From assembly GCA_963767005.1 (NCBI GenBank), contig CAVYCN010000019.1, positions 108,080-172,079 of the forward strand: DNA of 64,000 nt, given 5' to 3'. The stretch is from an uncultured Actinomycetes bacterium. Its GTDB lineage: Bacteria > Actinomycetota > Thermoleophilia > UBA2241. The notes below the pieces were generated by a model that saw only the letters and a list, made by a program, of their open reading frames with translations, made no database searches and was not told the DNA's origin. Within the stretch, counting starts at the first letter, position 1. Each line of letters starts with the position of its first letter. Below, one piece after another: positions 1 through 10,768 of the stretch. Made by a program: the position numbers and the translations under genes.

Positions 1-245
1 GCCGTGAACGAGCGGGCACCCGCCAGCGAGCCGCCGATGCAGACGCCCATGGCGCTGTGCTCGGACTCGACCGGCACGACGCTGCCCTTGGCGAAGGAGT
101 GCGCCATGAGGTACTCGATGATCTCGGTCTGCGGCGTGATGGGATAGACGCCCGAGCAGCAGCCGCGCGCGCCGCGGTTGGCCTCGCCCGCCGCCGCCAG
201 CGCATAGCCGGCGGCGTTATTGCCGGTGACGTAGGCGCGGCTCAT
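1..245 (-). CDS. 2-oxoacid:ferredoxin oxidoreductase alpha subunit (POR/VOR type), N-terminal 81 codons, runs off the left edge
   Basis: My reverse-strand translation from the ATG at 245 gives MSRAYVTGNNAAGYALAAAGEANRGARGCCSGVYPITPQTEIIEYLMAHSFAKGSVVPVESEHSAMGVCIGGSLAGARSFT. YPITPQTE and ESEHSA are classic alpha-subunit N-terminal motifs. The ORF is absent from the track because it has no stop inside the window. Its ATG overlaps the upstream TGA (ATGA at 242-245). Confidence 0.85.
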   Translation of the reverse strand, partial: MSRAYVTGNNAAGYALAAAGEANRGARGCCSGVYPITPQTEIIEYLMAHSFAKGSVVPVESEHSAMGVCIGGSLAGARSFT

Positions 246-2471
246 CCGGCCACCGCCGTGACGCCGTCCTCCATGACGATGGCCCCGCGAGGACACTGCG
301 CGACGCACAGACCCGCAGCCCTTGCAGTACTCGTAGTCGAACACGTAACCGCCCTCCCTGTCGAGGCAGACGACTCCCTCGGGGCAGTAGGCCACGCACG
401 TGTCGCACTCGTTGCAGGCGCCACAGCTCAGGCAGCGGTCGGCTTCGGCGACCGTCGCGTCCTCGCCGGCCCGTCGACCAGGCCGCGGCGGACCTCGAGG
501 AAGCTGTGCCGCCGCTCGTCGAGGGGCGCCAGGGCGCCTCTGTGCTGCGGGCTGCGGGGGAAGCGCGCGAAGTCGACCACGTCGGTTCCGGCGAGCTCGT
601 GCGGCTCCGCGGGGGCGAGCTCGCGGCCGGCCAGCAGCGCGTCGATGCACGCGGCCGCCAGCCGGCCGCTGCCCACGCCCGCCGCCACGGTGCCCTCGGC
701 GACGGCGAGGTCGCCGGCGACGAAGAGCGGCGCGTCCGTGCTCGCGTCGGCGACGCGGCCGTCCACGATCTCGGCGCCCTCGGGCAGGACGGACAGGTCC
801 GCCGCCTGCCCGAGCGCCAGCAGCACGCGATCGCAGGGCACCTCGGCGAGGCGTCGCCCTCGAGGGGGACGGCGCGACGCCGACCGGACTCATCGGGCTC
901 CCCGAGCCGCATGCGCCGGCAGACCAGGACGAGCCCGTCGTCGGCCTTGTCGAGCCGGACGGGCGCCTGGAGCTCGTCGAGCTCGATGCCTTCTTCGAGC
1001 GCCTCGTCGACCTCTTCGGCGATCGCCGGCATCTCCGCGCGGGTGCGGCGATAGACCACGCGCACCTGTCGCGCGCCGAGACGCGCCGCGCAGCGCGCGG
1101 CGTCCATCGCCGTGTTGCCGCCACCCAGCACGACGACGCTGGCGCCGCGCACCGACGCCCTGCCCTTGCGGGCGCCGTCGAGGAACTCGAGGCCCTGCAC
1201 GACCCTGCCGCCGGGCACGCTGCCCAGATCGAGCGCGGGCTGCTCTGCAGCCCGGTCGCCACGAGCACGGCGGCGTACTCACGGCGCAACCGGCCAAGAC
1301 CCTCGCGATCGACGGCACGACCGACCTCGACCTCGACCCCATGACGCACGATGAAGTCGATCTCGCGGTCGAGCACGTCGCGCGGCAGTCGATACGGCGG
1401 GATGCCGCGACGCAGCAGGCCGCCCGTCTCGTCGGCCGCCTCGAAGACCGTCACCCGGTAGCCGGCGCGCGCGAGGTGATAGGCGGCGCTCAGCCCGGCC
1501 GGGCCCGAGCCGACGACGGCGACGCGTTCGAGCCGCGACGGTCCGCACGTTCGCGGCCACGTGCCCCGTTGGGCGACCGCGCGCTCGATCTCGCGCACGT
1601 TCACCGCCTCGTCGAGCTGCGAGCGGTTGCAGGCGGCCATGCACGGCGCCGGGCAGACGCGGCCGCAGATGCCCGGGAACGGCGTCGTGTGCAGCAGGGT
1701 CGCCAGGGCGCCGTCGCAGTCCCCGCGGACCGCCGCCTGCACGAAGCCGCGCACGTCGTTGCCCGCGGGACAGGCCGCGTCGCAGCGCGCCGCCAGCCGG
1801 CGGCCGCGCGGCCGGCGCGAGGCCCACTCTCCCGTACGGGTCGTGGGAAGGCCGCCCACATCCTCGTCGAGAAACCCCACGGCGGCGGTGCGGCGAGCGC
1901 GACGGCCGGCGGACCGCAGCGGCCCGGCAGCTCCTGCGCTGCACCTCGTCGAACGCCGCCCGTGCGGCGGCGAGGTTTCCGCCGGCGAACCGCGCCTCGC
2001 GCAGGGCGGCCTCGACGTCCGCGAGCGCGAGGCCCAGCAGCTTGGCCACGGCGCCGAGGATCGTCGTGTTGACGATCGGCAGGGCGGTGGTCCCGAGATG
2101 GTTGGCGGCGGCGATGGCGTCGGCGTCGACCGTGGCCACGCGCCGGCCCGGGAAGAGCGTCGCGAAGGCGCCGGGCGGCCGCGGCGTGTTGAGCATCAGC
2201 CACCCCCCGGGCTTCAGCCCCGCGGCGACCGGCGGGGCGATCAGCGACGGTCGATGACGACGACGTGGTCGGGCTCCGCGATGGGCAGGTGCGCCGTGAT
2301 CTCGTTCGCGTCGACCCGGACGAAGGACTGCACCGGGGCCCCCGCGCGCTCGGCGCCGTAGACGCCGAACGCCTGCACGTAGTCGCCCCGCAGAAAGTAG
2401 GCGCCGGCGATCAGCTTCGCGAGCGTGACGCCGCCGCGACCGCCGCGACCCTGGATCACGATCTCGAGCAT
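242..2471 (-). pseudogene. Fusion of POR/VOR gamma-subunit domain + GltD-like NAD(P)H flavoprotein domain + delta-type 2x[4Fe-4S] ferredoxin; reading frame broken about 6 times (possibly assembly indels)
   Basis: Stitched reverse frames read as follows. Gamma domain from ATG 2471: MLEIVIQGRGGRGGVTLAKLIAGAYFLRGDYVQAFGVYGAERAGAPV, then NTPRPPGAFATLFPGRRVATVDADAIAAANHLG. GltD-type region: CPAGNDVRGF...PFPGICGRVCPAPCMAACN, VAVVGSGPAGLSAAYHLARAGYRVTVFE, VVVLGGGNTAMDAARCA, LFVAGDLA. Ferredoxin: CLSCGACNECDTCVAYCPEG...YCKGCG / LCVAQCPRGAI. Frame changes lie near 2250, 1900, 1240, 850, 470 and 308. One of the frames is missing from the ORF track because it stays open to the window edge. Confidence 0.75.
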
Positions 2472-2478
2472 GGCCCGA

Positions 2479-3396
2479 TCACCTCGCCGCGTAGACCGGG
2501 TAGCACCAGCGCCGGTAGGCGGTAGCTTGCCGCGCACCACGGCGGCGTAGAGGTCGCTCACCGCCGCCGTCACCGGCCCCGCTCGTCCGTCGCCCACGGT
2601 GCGGTGGTCGATCTCGTAGACGGGCGTGATCTCGGCCGCCGTCCCGCACAGGAAGACCTCGTCGGAGACGTAGAGCTCGCTGCGGTTCACCGACCGCTCG
2701 ACGACCTCGAGACCGAGCTCCGCCACGGCCAGCTCCATCACGCACTCCCGGGTGATGCCGGCCAGCAGGTCGTCGCCGGCAGCCGGCGTGACCAGGGGCC
2801 ATCCTGGACCAGGAAGATGTTCTCGCCCGTGCCCTCGGCCACGTGGCCGGACGCCGTCAGCGTCAGGGCTTCGTCGAAGCCGTTGGCCATGGCCTCGTAT
2901 CGCGCGAGGGCCATGGCGGAGTACATGCCGCCGATCTTGGCCCGCGCCGGCGCGACGTTGCCTTCGGGACGCCGCCAGGAGCTCACGCAGCAGCGGATGC
3001 CGCCGGCGGCGAGGTACCGGCCCATCGGCACGTAGAAGATGACCAGGCTGTCCTCGAGGTCGGCCCGCCACACGCCGATCGCTTCGTGCTCTTGAAGACG
3101 ATGGGACGCAGGTGCACGTCGACCCTGACGCCGTCCCGCGCCAGGAGCGCCACGCTGATCGCGCAGAGCTCGTCCTCGGAATGCGGCAGCGCCATGTCGT
3201 AGAATCCAGCGGAACGATGGAGGCGGGAGTAGTGGCGATCGGCGCGGAACAGATAGAGCTCCTCGGTGTCGGCGTCCCAGTAGGCGCGGATGCCCTCGAA
3301 CACGCTCGTGCCGTAGTTGAGAGCATGGCTTTCGATGCCGAACGTCAGCCCTCCGAGGGCGACGAACCGACCATCCAGAAACGCCGATACCTCCAT
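2479..3396 (-). pseudogene. ilvE: Branched-chain amino acid aminotransferase (class IV), about 3 frame breaks
   Basis: Starts MEVSAFLDGRFV...NYGTSVFEGIRAY, with ATG 3396 preceded by GAGGAGGG. Continues GGMYSAMALARYEAMANGFDEALTLTASGHVAEGTGENIF, then ELYVSDEVFLCGTAAEITPV, with a C-terminus ...YRRWCYPVY. The pieces lie in four frame segments, with breaks near 3090, 2800 and 2520. Confidence 0.85.
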
Positions 3397-3417
3397 GACC
3401 CTCCTCGCCGTGCGCAT

Positions 3418-3460
3418 GCCGATTGACGCAAAGAGTAACTGTATATATCAATGTGTCAAG
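3418..3460. promoter_or_regulatory. AT-rich divergent promoter/operator region between ilvE and the first gntR gene
   Basis: aTTGACGcaaagagtaactgTATATATCAAtgtGTCAAg. TTGACG (3422-3427) is -35-like, with TATCAA 17 nt downstream, and TTGAC/GTCAA arms form an inverted repeat. Confidence 0.35.
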
Positions 3461-3524
3461 CCGGGCCCTGGCGTGCGTTCGAACGCAGGTGGCGGGCATC
3501 CGTCGACGAGGGGAGCGAAGCGCG

Positions 3525-4275
3525 ATGAGATCTTCCAGAGATCCCTCGGCGTTCTCGTCGGCCGTGCCCCCGGCACCGGTGAGCGCGGTGAGTCCGAGCG
3601 ACCTCACCGCCGCCCTGATCCGCGGCATGATCTACTCGGGCGAGCTCACGCCCGGCGATTGGCTGCCGCCCGGTCGCGAGCTGGCCGACCACCTGGGCAT
3701 CTCTGTGCTCACGCTGAGAGTGGCGCTGAAGTCGCTCGAGGGCGCCGGCTTCATCGTGGCACGAGCAGAGGAGCGCACGGCGGATCGCGCGTGGTCGACA
3801 TCGAGACCCTCACCCGCTGCTGGACCGATTGGATGCGCGACAAGGTGCACGACATCGACGACCTCTGGGAGTTCCGCGAGATCGTCGAGGCGAACATCGC
3901 CTCGCTCGCGGCCGGGCATCGCAGCGCCGCAGAGCTGCATGCCATCGAGGCGGCCTGGGCGGCGGCGGCCACCGACAGCCACGCCGCGTTCCTGCGCTGG
4001 AACGCCGTGTTCCACGACGCGCTCGCGACGGCGTCGCACAGCTGGCGCCTGACCGAAGCCATGCTCGCCGTGCGCCGCGAACTCTTCCTGCCGGTAGCGC
4101 TCGCTACTGCGCAAGCATCGGGCCGAAGAGCTGCGCGATTCGCACACCCAGATCCTCGAAGCGATGCGTCTGCGCCGGCCGGCGCGGGCCGCCGACGCCA
4201 TGCGCAGTCACCTGGCCAACACCCGTCGATGGCGACGACGTGCTGGCCGAGACGCTCGGCGCACGGCGCCTGTAG
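3525..4275 (+). pseudogene. GntR-family transcriptional regulator with FCD (FadR-like) C-terminal domain, about 3 frame breaks
   Basis: The winged-helix region reads LTPGDWLPPGRELADHLGISVLTLRVALKSLEGAGFI, from ATG 3525 preceded by GAGGGGAG. FCD-like helices follow in other frames: FREIVEANIASLAAGHRSAAELHAIEAAW...FHDALATASHSWRL, then SHTQILEAMRLRRPARAADAMRSHL. Breaks lie near 3760, 4100 and 4215. Confidence 0.75.
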
Positions 4276-4311
4276 GCCGCGCGGTCGGCGCCGCCGTCAG
4301 ACGGCGGCGGG

Positions 4312-6413
4312 CTACCTGGTCGTCGCCGCTCCGCGCCCGCCCCGACCCCCTGCGAAGATGCGCGCATCGAGGGCGACACAGCCCCGGGCCAAAGCGATCC
4401 GGGGTTCAAGTCGATCTCGGCGATCTCGGTGTGACGACCAGAAGGTCGCCGATCCTGACGAGACGTCGGCGACCGCGTCGCGGTGAACCGGCGGCTGGCC
4501 GCGGAAGCCTCGAGCGGCCGCGCGGCGGCAGCTCGGTGGCGTCTCCAGGCCGTCTGGGCGTCGCAACGACGCGACGCGGAACACAACGTCGGCCAGCAGC
4601 TCGGCCAACACGCCGCCCAGCCCGCCATCACCGTCGGCCCGAAGGTGGCGTCGCGCACGGCGCCAACGATCGACTCGCGACCGCCGAAGACGTGGCCGGC
4701 CACGAGGACGCCGTCGATACGCGCACCCGGCAGCGCGTGCTCACGGCGCAGCCGAGCGTGGCCAGGCCCGCTCGCAGCCCCGTCTCGTCGCTCAGACCGA
4801 TGACCACGCCGCCGGCGACGGTCTTGTGGACCACGTCGCGGGAGATGACCTTCAGGACGACCGGGTAGCCGATGCGCGCGGCGATGCCGGCAACGGCCTC
4901 GGCGGCAGAGCCCATGCCGTGCTCGACGCAGGAGATGCCGCAGAGCAGAAGGAGCGCGGCGGCTTCCGGCTCCAGCAGCATGCTCGTCGAGCTGCTCCGC
5001 GGTGACGCTCACGATCCCACCTCCGCTCCCCGTCGTTTCTCCGCATACCAGCAGCCGGCGGCGATCGCCCGCATCGCCCGCTCCGGCGATGGGAAGACGC
5101 GGGCACGCCCAGCCGCTGCATCCTGCGCCGTTCGACCTGTTCGACGGCGCCGCCGCCGTAGTACGCGGCGCAGACGGCGGCCCGCGGACTTCGGCGGCCA
5201 GCTCGGCGGCCAGCTCCGCCGCCCCCGGGACCGGGTCGCCGAAGATCAGCAGGATCGTGTCGACGAACCCGGCGGCGTCGGCCAGCCGCGCCGCCGTGCG
5301 GAACTGGTCCACACCGATCGTCGCCAGGTCGAGCGGATTGGCGAACGAGCCCCACTCGGCGAGGTCCATGCCCCTGAGCCCCGCGACGAGGTCGGGCGGC
5401 AGGACGGGCAGGACGAGGCCGTGCGCGTCGCCCACGTCGGCGGCGAGCGCGCAGCTACCGCCGGACGAGGAGACGACGAGCACCCTGCGCGCCCGGTAAC
5501 GGGCGCACGCTCGCGAGGATCTTGGCGGCGTCGTAGAAGGATTCGGAATCGTCGGCCGCGCCACGCCGTACTCGCGGCGGGCCCGCTCGAACACCTGATC
5601 GGAGCCGGCGAGCGACCCGGTGTGCGAGGCGACGGCCTCGCGGCCGCGCTGCGAGCGCCCGCACTTGGACACAGCGAGCGGCTTCTTCAAGGCCACGCTC
5701 CTGGCGGCCGCCACGAAGCGCGGACCGTCGGACACGCCCTCGAGGTACAGGGCCACGGCCCGCGTGTCGTCGTCGTCGGCCAGCAGGTCCGCACCGCGTC
5801 CGCCTGCGCAGATGTCGGCCTGGTTGCCGAGACTGATCGAGGCACTGACGCCGAGGCCGTCGTCCTGGGCCCAGTCGGTGATCACGCCGCCACGACCGTG
5901 CCGCTCTGCCCGACCACCGCGAGGGGCCCGTGCTCGGTCGTCGCCCGGCCAGAACACGGCGCACAACCGGTTGGGCCCGTACGACACGCCCTGGATGTTG
6001 AGCCCGAACAGGCGCAGGCCGCGCTCGCGCGCGATGGCCACGAGCTCCCTGTCGAACTCGGGCTTGCCGGAGACTGACTCGCGCCCGCCGGCGCTGATCA
6101 CGATCGCTCCGGCCGCTCCCTTGTCGGCGGCCTCGTGCAGGACGCCCGGCACGAACCGGGCTCGCGCGGCGATCACCACGAGGTCGATCTCGCCGGGGAT
6201 GTCCGTGACCGCGGGGTAGCACGTGAGGCCCGACACCTTCTCGGCCCTGGGGTTGACCGGGAAAACCTCGCCGGTGAACCCCCCGGCCAGGATCGACGGC
6301 ACCAGCACGCCGCTGAACTTGCTCGGGTCCTGCGACGCACCGACCACGGCGACGCGTCGCGCCTTCAGCATCCGCCAGATGGCGTCCGTGTCACCCACCA
6401 CGCTCTCCTTCAC
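4312..6413 (-). pseudogene. ADP-forming acyl-CoA synthetase (acetate--CoA ligase [ADP-forming] family, fused alpha/beta), at least 8 frame breaks
   Basis: CoA-binding N-terminus: RRVAVVGASQDPSKFSGVLVPSILAGGFTGEVFPVNPRAEKVSGLTCYPAVTDIPGEIDLVVIA. Followed by LYLEGVSDGPRFVAAARSVALKKPLAVSKCGRS...ASHTGSLAGSD. The ATP-grasp part is in other frames (ORF 4628-4981: YPVVLKVISRDVVHKTVAGGVVIGL). The C-terminus is EIDLNP...VALDARI (ORF 4312-4611). The probable start is one of the GTGs at 6398-6413, after AAGGAGAG. Confidence 0.8.
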
Positions 6414-6458
6414 TCGTGCACAGTCCGAAACGGAAGAGGACGCCCCCGTTCATCACGA

Positions 6459-7833
6459 TCACCGCAGCAGCTCGAGCGCGACCTGCTCGACGAAGAACGC
6501 CTCGAACGCCAGGTCGGCCACCGCGATGCGCTCGTCGACGTTGTGGCAGCGCGGCCACACGTCCTTGTAGCTCTCCACGACGTGCGGATCGAAGTTGTGG
6601 GCGACGACGTCGGGGAAGGCGCGCGCAGCCAGCGCGAGTCGGTGAACCCGACGCAGTGCGTGTTGCCCAGGACGGCGCCCGGCACGTGGCGCTCGAGCAC
6701 CGCGCGCACGGCCTCCGAAAGCGGCGACGGGTACGGCGAGGCGTTGCCGCGCACGACGTTGATCCATTCGAGCTCCCACTCGGCCTCGACGCCCTGTAGC
6801 GCGGCATACACCATGGCCTGGACGCGGCCTCGTCGTCGCCGGCCAGCGTGCGGCAGTCCACGCCGAGCTCCACCCCCTGTGGTCGGAAAGACGTTCACTC
6901 CCCCGGGTTGTCGGACCGCACGGTGGTGACCGAGAACGCAAAGCCGTACAGCGGCTCGATCATGGCGGCCAGGCCGGGTTCGCGATCCGCCAGCTCGTCG
7001 AGGGCGGCGCGCGCCCGCGCGGGGTCGCGCAGGCGGGCGCGCAGGTCGGGATGCCGGCGACCAGGTACCCGACGAGGTCGCGCGACTGATCGACGACCTC
7101 GACCGGCAGCTCGCAGGCGGCGAGCGCCGCGGCCACGCGTGCGGCGGCGAGCACGGCGTTGCCCTGCCGCAGCGGCACCGAGCCGTGACCGGCGCGGCCG
7201 TGCACGACGATGCGGAACTGGGCCGCGCCCTTCTCGCCGCTCTGCAGCAGGAAGAGGCGGCGATCGCCGCACGGCACGTAGGCGCCGTCTCCCTCGTTCA
7301 GGACGTAGTCGCAGCGCAGGAGATCGGGGCGCTGCTCGAGCAGCCAGCGCACCCCGCCACCGGTGCGGCGCTTGCCCACCGTCGGCCGTGCAGGCATAGG
7401 TGACCGTGCCGGCGAAGGGCGCGCCAGTGGCGGCCAGGCGCCGCACGGCGACGGCGTTGGCCGCCACGAGGTTCTTGATATCCACGGCCCCGCGGCCCCA
7501 GACGTAGCCGTCCTTCACGAGGCCCGAGAACGGCGGGACCTGCCAGTCGGCCGGGTCAGCCGGCACGACGTCTTCGTGGGCCAGCAGCAGGAGGGTCGGC
7601 CCCGGCCTGCTGCCCTCGAGCCGGCAGACGAAGCTGGCTCGCCCAGGCTCGCCGACGACCTCGCCCTGCAGCCCGTGCCCACGAAACCACTCGGCCATGA
7701 ACGTCGCCACGGCCGTCTCGTTGCCCGGCGGGTTGCTCGTGTCGATCTGGATGAGCCGGCTGAGCAGGTGGGCCGACTCGCGCTCCAGGTCGGCCATCAG
7801 CGCCGGGTCGAGGCCGATGGTCGTGGTGGTCAT
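6459..7833 (-). pseudogene. M20-family metallopeptidase / amidohydrolase (ArgE/DapE/ACY1/CPG2-like), about 6 frame breaks
   Basis: Starts MTTTTIGLDPALMADLERESAHLLSRLIQIDTSNPPGNETAVATFMAEWFRGHGL...LLLLAHEDVVPADPADWQVPPFSGLVKDGYVWGRGAVDIKN. Continues GVRWLLEQRPDLLRCDYVLNEGDG...QFRIVVHGRAGHGSVP, and ends DERIAVADLAFEAFFVEQVALELLR. The ATG at 7833 overlaps the upstream stop (ATGA). Confidence 0.8.
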
Positions 7834-9339
7834 GTCACACCTCCGAAGCGTCGGCCGGCGGCTGCGAGCGACTCTCCGCGCGAGGCGTGGCTGGTTGCCC
7901 AGTCCGGCGCCGCGACGCGGGTGGCCGCGGCATGGTCGCGCACGTACTGCTTGATGCGCTGCACCACGTCGGACGGCGCGCCGTACGCGAAGGGCCCGCT
8001 CCAGGATCTCCTCAACCCTGGCGTGGGCGCGCGCCAGCATCGTGTACTCGTCGCCGGTGCGACCCCGTGTGGTTGAAGGAGCCGCCGTAGTAGTGCTCGC
8101 CCGCCTGCACGGCGCGCCTGGTGTGCGTCTCGCCGAGGAACGAGCCGCCCGGGCCGATCTTCTCGATGATCTCGTAGGCCAGGGTCGCATCGTCGACCAC
8201 GATCTCGGTGGAGAGGCGCTGCGCCATCTCCCAGATGTCGTGATCGATCACGACCTGCTCGTAGCTGTGGTGGGCGGCGTTGTCGAGCGGGCCGCCCATG
8301 GTCACGAAATCGGCCTCGCTCTGGGCCAGGATGAGGATCGCCATGGCCTTTTCGATGCCCGCCTGGACGTCGGGCCACTGCGAGTCGCTGTACCCGCCCA
8401 TGCGCGTCGTCGGTAGGCCGTAGTACCTGGCCAGCGCCATCTCGCCGCTGCTGATCAGGCAGGTCTCCGCCGCGCCCATCGACAGGTAGCCGGTGCGCAT
8501 GTTCATGAGGGAGCCGGTCGGAGCGTGCAGGACCTTCGCTCCCGGCCAGATCGTGTTGGCCAGCGTGCACAAAAAGAGCGTCTCGGCATCACCCAGCAGC
8601 AGGTTGGCAGCCACCACGTCGCCGGCGTGGCGACCCCGGCGATCGGCATGGGGCAGACGTCGACCGGACAGTGCCGCCCGACGACGTGCATGATGATGTC
8701 GCCCTCGCGCGCGCCCAGCACGAGCGGCGTGGTTGTGTTGATCTCGGCCCACGTGCCGGGAGCGCTGTCGAGGCTGTCGGTGCCGGCCGCCACCATCGCG
8801 AGATCGAGCGACGTGCGGGCGTCGCCGACGTTGCCTGGCGCGCAGAGACTGAGCTTGCCGGTGACGGCCAGCACGAGCCCGAGCGTGTCGGCCACGTCGA
8901 TCTCGGCCGGCACGTCGCTCGACGGGTACTGGATGGCGACCGTGAACTCGGCGCCGGGCAGCGCGTTGGTCACCCGGCAGAGATCGATCACGTCCTGGCG
9001 GCGGGGCGGGCGGAACTCGTGAGCGCCGTAGTCGAGCATCTTCGGCATCTTCACGCGCACGCCGGCGTGCTGCCTACCGTCGGGGACGGTGAACCGCGAC
9101 CCGCCCGGGCGCACGAGCTCGAAGGTCCGCGGGAGCTGAGCCATCGCCTCCTCGACCATGGCGGCGGGCAGACGCACCACGTCGGTCTGCCCCAGCGCCT
9201 TGGCGCCGGCGCGCTCGAGCACCTCTCGGCAGCGGTCGTTCTCGACGCGCACGCCGACGTTCTCGAGGACCCTCAGCGACTCGGCGTGGATCCGGTCGAG
9301 CGCCTTCTCGTCGAGCAGGGACACGGCCTTGGTCGCCAT
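7830..9339 (-). pseudogene. MttB-superfamily (trimethylamine methyltransferase-like) protein without pyrrolysine codon, about 3 frame breaks
   Basis: Starts MATKAVSLLDEKALDRIHAESLRVLENVGVRVENDRCREVLERAGA, from ATG 9339 preceded by AAGGGGAG. Continues VVAANLLLGDAETLFLCTLANTIWPGAKVLHAPTGSLMNMRTGYLSMGAAETCL...IEKIGPGGSFLGETHTRR. No in-frame TAG; the interruptions are frame changes near 8625, 8060 and 7990. Confidence 0.8.
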
Positions 9340-9359
9340 CTCGTCGCACGCTCCCCTTG

Positions 9360-10641
9360 TCAGCGGCCGCGAGCGCCGTCGCCCACCGCGGCGGTCGCGA
9401 GGGCGAGGCCCTGGGCCGCCATGCGGCCGAGCGCACGCTGCCAGGCGGCCACGACCTCGCCCAGCACGCCGTCGTCCATCGGCGTCGAGAGGTTCATGCT
9501 GCCGCGCGGCGCGATGTAGAGGCCTTCCTCGAGGCAGGCGCGATGGAAGGCCAGCGGCGCCGCCGAGTTCACCTGCAGCAGCGAGCCGTAGTTGTGCACG
9601 CGTACGTCGAGGCCGGCGGCGTCGGCCGCGTCGTTGAGCAGGCGCGACAGGCTGTCGCCGAAGCCGTTGATGCGGTCGCAGGCTGCCGTGTCGAGCATGT
9701 CGAGGCTGACGCAGCCCGCGGCCAGGCACAGGGGGCTGCCGTTCATGGTGCCGTGGGCCGACAGCGGCTCGGGGATGCGCGGGTCGAAGATCCGCATGAC
9801 CTCTTCCTTGCCCCCGTAGGCGCCCAGCGGCATGCCGCCGGCGATCGTCTTGCCGACCGTTGTGAGATCGGCCTCGATGCCGTGCTCCGCCTGCCAGCCG
9901 CCGGGGTGCAGGCGAACGGTGATCGTCTCGTCGAGGATGAGCAGAGCGCCGTGCTCGTGCGCGAGTCGCAGCGCGGCGCGGATGAACTCGGGGTCGCCGG
10001 GCTCGAGGATGTGGCCCAGGATCGGCTCGAGCAGGATGGCGACTGTTGGGGCCGTGCGCCTGCATCAGCTCCTCGAGATGGGCGACGTCGTTGAAGCGCA
10101 CGAAGTGGCACATGCCGGCGAGCGCCTGGGGGATGCCCATCGGGACAACGCCGGCGCCGTCAGGGTGAGCCTCGTCGGCGCCGCTCAGGGAGACCTGGTC
10201 CCAGCTACCGTGGTAGCCGTTGGCGGGCATGATGATGTCGTCGCGGCCGGTGAACGCGCGCGCCCCTCGCACGGCCATCATGACCGCCTCGGTGGCCGAG
10301 TTGGTGAAGCGCACGAGGTCGATCGAGGGCGTCCGCGAGCAGAGCCGCTCGGCGAGCTCACCCTGCAGGGCGATAGGCGCGGGCATGGCCGCGGCCAGAC
10401 CGTGGGGTGCCGTGCGCGTCATGGCCTCGACGATGCGCGGATGCGCGTGGCCGTGGACCAGGGCGGTGTAGTTGTTGATCAGGTCGATGTAGGCGTTGCC
10501 GTCGACGTCCCAGAGGCGGCAGCCCTCGCCCCGCTCGATGCCGATCGGGAACGGATCGTAATGGGTCACCGTCCTCGTGTTGGCGCCGGGCATCACCTTC
10601 GCCAGCCGCTCGAAGAGCTCGCGTGATCTGTCGTCTCTCAT
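9360..10641 (-). pseudogene. Class-III PLP aminotransferase, glutamate-1-semialdehyde 2,1-aminomutase-like, one frame break near 10050
   Basis: Starts MRDDRSRELFERLAKVMPGANTRTVTHYDPFPIGIERGEGCRLWDVDGNAYIDLINNYTALVHGHAHPRIVEAM...FTNSATEAVMMAVRGARAFTGRD. Continues VAILLEPILGH...LILDETITVRLHPGGWQAEHGIEADLTTVGKTIAGGMPLGAYGG. ATG 10641 is preceded by GGAGAGG. Confidence 0.8.
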
Positions 10642-10732
10642 CTGCCTCTCCTGCACGATCGGGGCTTGGCGTAGTGGGCAAGCGCAACGCGCCGGTCACC
10701 GACTTGCCCGCCCGCGGGGGCTGGATGCGTAT

Positions 10733-10751
10733 CGTATGCAATCAGCATACC
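10733..10751. promoter_or_regulatory. Palindromic operator candidate GTATGC-N5-GCATAC upstream of the aminotransferase/MttB/M20 genes
   Basis: cGTATGCaatcaGCATACc, about 90 nt upstream of ATG 10641, forms an AT-rich island in GC-rich DNA. The same hexamer recurs at 19727-19748 (GGTATGCGCAGAGTATGCGTAG) and 20776-20795 (GTGCATACACACCGTATACG). Confidence 0.3.
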
Positions 10752-10768
10752 GAGCGCGGTGATGGCGG

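Noticed and set aside
57-2072. Very long plus-strand ORF (671 aa). Similar long ORFs occur opposite real genes, e.g. 12071-14179, 17808-19355, 26938-29175, 37215-39278, 49875-53198, 53204-55000 and the 1208-aa ORF 53052-56678.
   Set aside because: Their translations are Arg/Ala/Pro/Gly-rich low-complexity strings with no recognisable motifs. They lie antisense to, or out of frame with, genes that have clear family signatures. Stop-poor antisense frames are expected at above 70% GC.
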